The translations under genes were made by a program, and so were the position numbers. Below, in pieces: positions 57,951-60,512 of a stretch of DNA of 60,512 bases. The notes under the pieces were generated by a model. That model ran no database searches, was not told where the DNA came from, and saw only the letters and a program-made list of their open reading frames with translations. How positions within the stretch are numbered: the stretch's first letter is position 1; each line of letters begins with the position of its first letter. The stretch is taken from IMG/VR virus record IMGVR_UViG_3300044953_000572, positions 1-60,512 of that record; one strand, given 5' to 3'. The DNA comes from a virus (Duplodnaviria > Caudoviricetes).

Positions 57951-59125
57951 AACTAAACTTTGATTTCTCGCCTTGGATATCGCCTGTGACGGGGCACATG
58001 TTATTTCCACCTTTCCCATTGGAAAAAGATTATATTTGGGTAGGTGATAGAGACAATATTGCGCAACCTTCTCCAGCTTTAATTGACGTTAGATTAGATA
58101 TTGTTGATGTCAGGCATAGGATAGATGCTTTAAAAAAGCCAACCTATATTTTACAAACCCCAACCCCGTTATTTCCGAATGCCCAAGCTCTGAGTGATTT
58201 AGCTCCTGGTGGGCTATTAAAAAGTAATCAAGATGGAGTTATTAGTATTGCTTATCTCAATCAAGGTCAAGTATTTGTAGGAGACGCTAATAACCAACCG
58301 CAATCCGTTCAAACGATTTCCATTGATAATCTTCCCAACCTAACGTTCAAGAGAATTTGGCGAGGTAATATCTTAAGCCGTCCTTCCGAGTCAGATGATC
58401 TAACGGTACTTGAGACTACGGTAGAAGAAATCCAAACACAAATTAGCGAGTTAGAGTTAGAAATCACTGAGCTTCAAACGGCTGTTACTGAATTACAAAA
58501 CTGGCAAATTGCCGCAGAAGCACAAATTGAAGAAATGTTGCTTGAGATTGGGACGCTACAAACTGAAGTAGCTGCTCTGCAATCAGAAGTGGCCGCTATC
58601 CAAGCTGAGTTGGTTGTAATTAATGGTGAAATATTAGCCCTTCAAACAGAATTAGCGGCTTTAGGGGTAACTGTGGCTGAATTAGGGGCTGCTGTTGCAG
58701 GTTTAAGCGCAACGGTTACCGCTTTAGGATTTACTGTGGCGGGACTCGGTATTACTGTTGCATCTCACTCGTTCCAAATATCTAGCCTGCAATCATCAGT
58801 AAGCTCATTACAGCAACAAATCGATAATCTCTCGTTAGATAAATTGCCTTGTTATGGGGATGTATCCTTATCAGGACATAAACTTACTAACGTTGGCGAC
58901 CCAATATTGCCTACCGACGGCGCTAACAAACAATACGTAGATGGAAAGCTTATTACAGTCGTTGGAGCAGTCACGGGTATTGGCACGCTTGGTACTGCGG
59001 TAGCGACTGTATTCTCGCCAGACCCAGTGTTTACCGGAAAATCAATGGCAATGCCATCTGGTGATAGCTCACAAAGGCCTGCGACATTAATTCCAGGCAT
59101 GATTAGATTTAATACTTCACTTTAA
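57947..59125 (+). CDS. Coiled-coil tail fibre/needle protein
   Basis: About 20 heptads, DGANKQYVD fibre motif, C-terminal QRP...GMIRFNTSL. Confidence 0.7.
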   Translation: MKLNFDFSPWISPVTGHMLFPPFPLEKDYIWVGDRDNIAQPSPALIDVRLDIVDVRHRIDALKKPTYILQTPTPLFPNAQALSDLAPGGLLKSNQDGVISIAYLNQGQVFVGDANNQPQSVQTISIDNLPNLTFKRIWRGNILSRPSESDDLTVLETTVEEIQTQISELELEITELQTAVTELQNWQIAAEAQIEEMLLEIGTLQTEVAALQSEVAAIQAELVVINGEILALQTELAALGVTVAELGAAVAGLSATVTALGFTVAGLGITVASHSFQISSLQSSVSSLQQQIDNLSLDKLPCYGDVSLSGHKLTNVGDPILPTDGANKQYVDGKLITVVGAVTGIGTLGTAVATVFSPDPVFTGKSMAMPSGDSSQRPATLIPGMIRFNTSL

Positions 59126-59142
59126 CGATAGGAGAACTTGAA

Positions 59143-59868
59143 ATGGCCGCAAATTTGAAAGATGAAAAAGACGTTAACGGAAAACTACAAGCACCTCAAC
59201 CTTCATCGGTGGGGAAGCCTGAAGTTTCAGATGGTACGAGTTGGTTTACATTAGCGACTGAAAATTGGGTTTTAAACACCCTAGCCAATATCCCCGCTTG
59301 TTTGGTTGCGACTACAGCTAACTTGACAGCAAATTATGTCAATGGTGCTTCTGGGGTAGGGGCGACTCTAACAAACTCAGGAACTTTAGCGGCATTATCA
59401 ATTGATGGTGTTGCTTTAGCGGTAGGACAAAGAGTGTTGGTAAAAGACCAAACAACTGCCTTGCAAAATGGCATTTATACCGTAACCAACATCGGCTCAG
59501 GTAGCGTTGCCTGGATTTTAACACGGGCTACCGATTTTGATTCCGTATCACAAATGATTAGGGGTAATGTCGTTGAAGTCATTAGTGGTACAACAAACGG
59601 CGTTACAGCTTGGATGTTGACTTCTGTGATAACTACTGTGGGTACAGATTCAATTACTTTTGCTAGATTATCAAAAAGTGGTATTGACTCAGTGTTAGGA
59701 ACTACAAATCAAATCGTAGTGAACATTAGCAATAACGTTGCAACCGTCAGTATTGCTAGTAATCCTGTGTTGCCTGGAAATGCTTCTGTAACGATTCCTA
59801 CGGGAAGTACAGCGCAAAGACCTGGGTCGCCGACTGCTGGAATGTTAAGGTTTAACACCAGCTTATAA
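59143..59868 (+). CDS. Tail fibre-like protein
   Basis: IDGVALAVGQRVLVKDQTTALQNGIY, LTRATDFD, C-terminal QRP...GMLRFNTSL. Confidence 0.8.
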   Translation: MAANLKDEKDVNGKLQAPQPSSVGKPEVSDGTSWFTLATENWVLNTLANIPACLVATTANLTANYVNGASGVGATLTNSGTLAALSIDGVALAVGQRVLVKDQTTALQNGIYTVTNIGSGSVAWILTRATDFDSVSQMIRGNVVEVISGTTNGVTAWMLTSVITTVGTDSITFARLSKSGIDSVLGTTNQIVVNISNNVATVSIASNPVLPGNASVTIPTGSTAQRPGSPTAGMLRFNTSL

Positions 59869-59887
59869 ACTGCAAACGGATTAAATA

Positions 59888-60512
59888 GTGAAACTTGAGT
59901 TTTACGACGGTTCCAGTTGGGATAGTGTTGCTACTGAAAGTTTTGTTAATACTAAAGTATTTGATATTAACTCCAATACAAGTGGCAGCCTGAATGTCAA
60001 TCGCTTGCAAGGTTATCCGGGTTCAACAAACGCCTTTCTAAGGGGAGATGGTGCCTGGACATTACCTTACATTAATAATTTGTTAATCAATGGTAATGTA
60101 TCTTTAGCTAATTTTGGTCTATCGAATGTTTCAAGTTTAGGTGTAGGAAGTTTCACTCTATCAACTAATATCATGCAATCTAGCAGTAGTATTCTGCTTT
60201 CCGCTCCAACCGCAGGTTCTGGTATCACCTTTGCCTCAGATTCAGGCATAGCCTTAATTGCTAGCGGTAGTTCTTCACCTGGACAGGTTCGTATGGGAAA
60301 TGGTTCTGGGAATTATGTTGGTTTACAAGCCCCATCTTCTATCCCAAACACTATTACATGGGTTTTACCAAATGTAGACGGCTCTGCTGGATACCCATTA
60401 AAAACAGATGGGACGAAGAATTTAAGTTTTGGAACGATTGATATTAATTCAGCTACTTCGGGAAGTTTAAATATTTCAAGGTTAAGCGGCTACCCTGCAA
60501 ATAGTTCCGTAT
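59888..60512 (+). CDS. Tail fibre-like protein, 3' truncated (missed by ORF track)
   Basis: GTG at 59888: VKLEFYDGSSWDSVATESFV...AFLRGDGAW...; open to window end. Confidence 0.75.
   Translation, partial: MKLEFYDGSSWDSVATESFVNTKVFDINSNTSGSLNVNRLQGYPGSTNAFLRGDGAWTLPYINNLLINGNVSLANFGLSNVSSLGVGSFTLSTNIMQSSSSILLSAPTAGSGITFASDSGIALIASGSSSPGQVRMGNGSGNYVGLQAPSSIPNTITWVLPNVDGSAGYPLKTDGTKNLSFGTIDINSATSGSLNISRLSGYPANSSV

Larger units (their letters stand above)
1..60512. mobile_element. Putative conjugative phage-plasmid (T4SS + MOBQ relaxase + Rep/ParA + tailed-phage head/tail genes); both ends truncated
   Basis: Conjugation, partition/replication and phage morphogenesis modules are contiguous, with no housekeeping genes and no integrase in the window. 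Confidence 0.75.

Noticed and set aside
57947-60512. Stop-codon readthrough, alternative genetic code or DGR as the cause of the split fibre genes
   Set aside because: The junctions change frame, other genes use all three stops normally, and no reverse transcriptase or TR/VR pair is seen
1-60512. Integrase/att sites, tRNA, rRNA, IS elements, virB1, holin/endolysin, tape measure or sheath genes
   Set aside because: None recognisable by eye; some may lie outside this truncated window

Overview
The window looks like one mobile element that joins two transmission machines. The left arm (about 1-20.7 kb, minus strand) is a nearly gapless operon. It runs from phage-like early genes (a Sak4/AAA_24 recombinase) into a near-complete VirB/VirD4 type IV conjugation system (virB2-B11 with virB7 only a candidate, no virB1 seen, plus virD4). 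It also carries a BrnT-type toxin-antitoxin pair, a MOBQ-type oriT, a TraA relaxase-helicase and a histone H1-like gene. The centre (21-25 kb) is a plasmid maintenance block: a wHTH initiator with internal iterons, ProQ/FinO, ParA plus an RHH partner, and a response regulator split by an A8 tract. The right arm (25.3-60.5 kb, plus strand) is an apparently intact podovirus-like tailed phage. It has a second Sak4, SSB, primase-helicase, SF2 helicase, an iteron origin, terminase, portal, GroES, scaffold, capsid, adaptor/nozzle, ejection proteins, tail fibres, a beta-barrel OMP and a patatin. No integrase, tRNA, rRNA or CRISPR array is visible. The best reading is a conjugative phage-plasmid, possibly of an intracellular or protist-associated Gram-negative host (inference). 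Unannotated highlights are a tandem pseudoknot/GNRA RNA repeat upstream of the capsid operon, a slippery-site REC-HTH fusion, and a tail-fibre motif split identically across three genes. All calls come from motif recognition by eye; no database searches were run.
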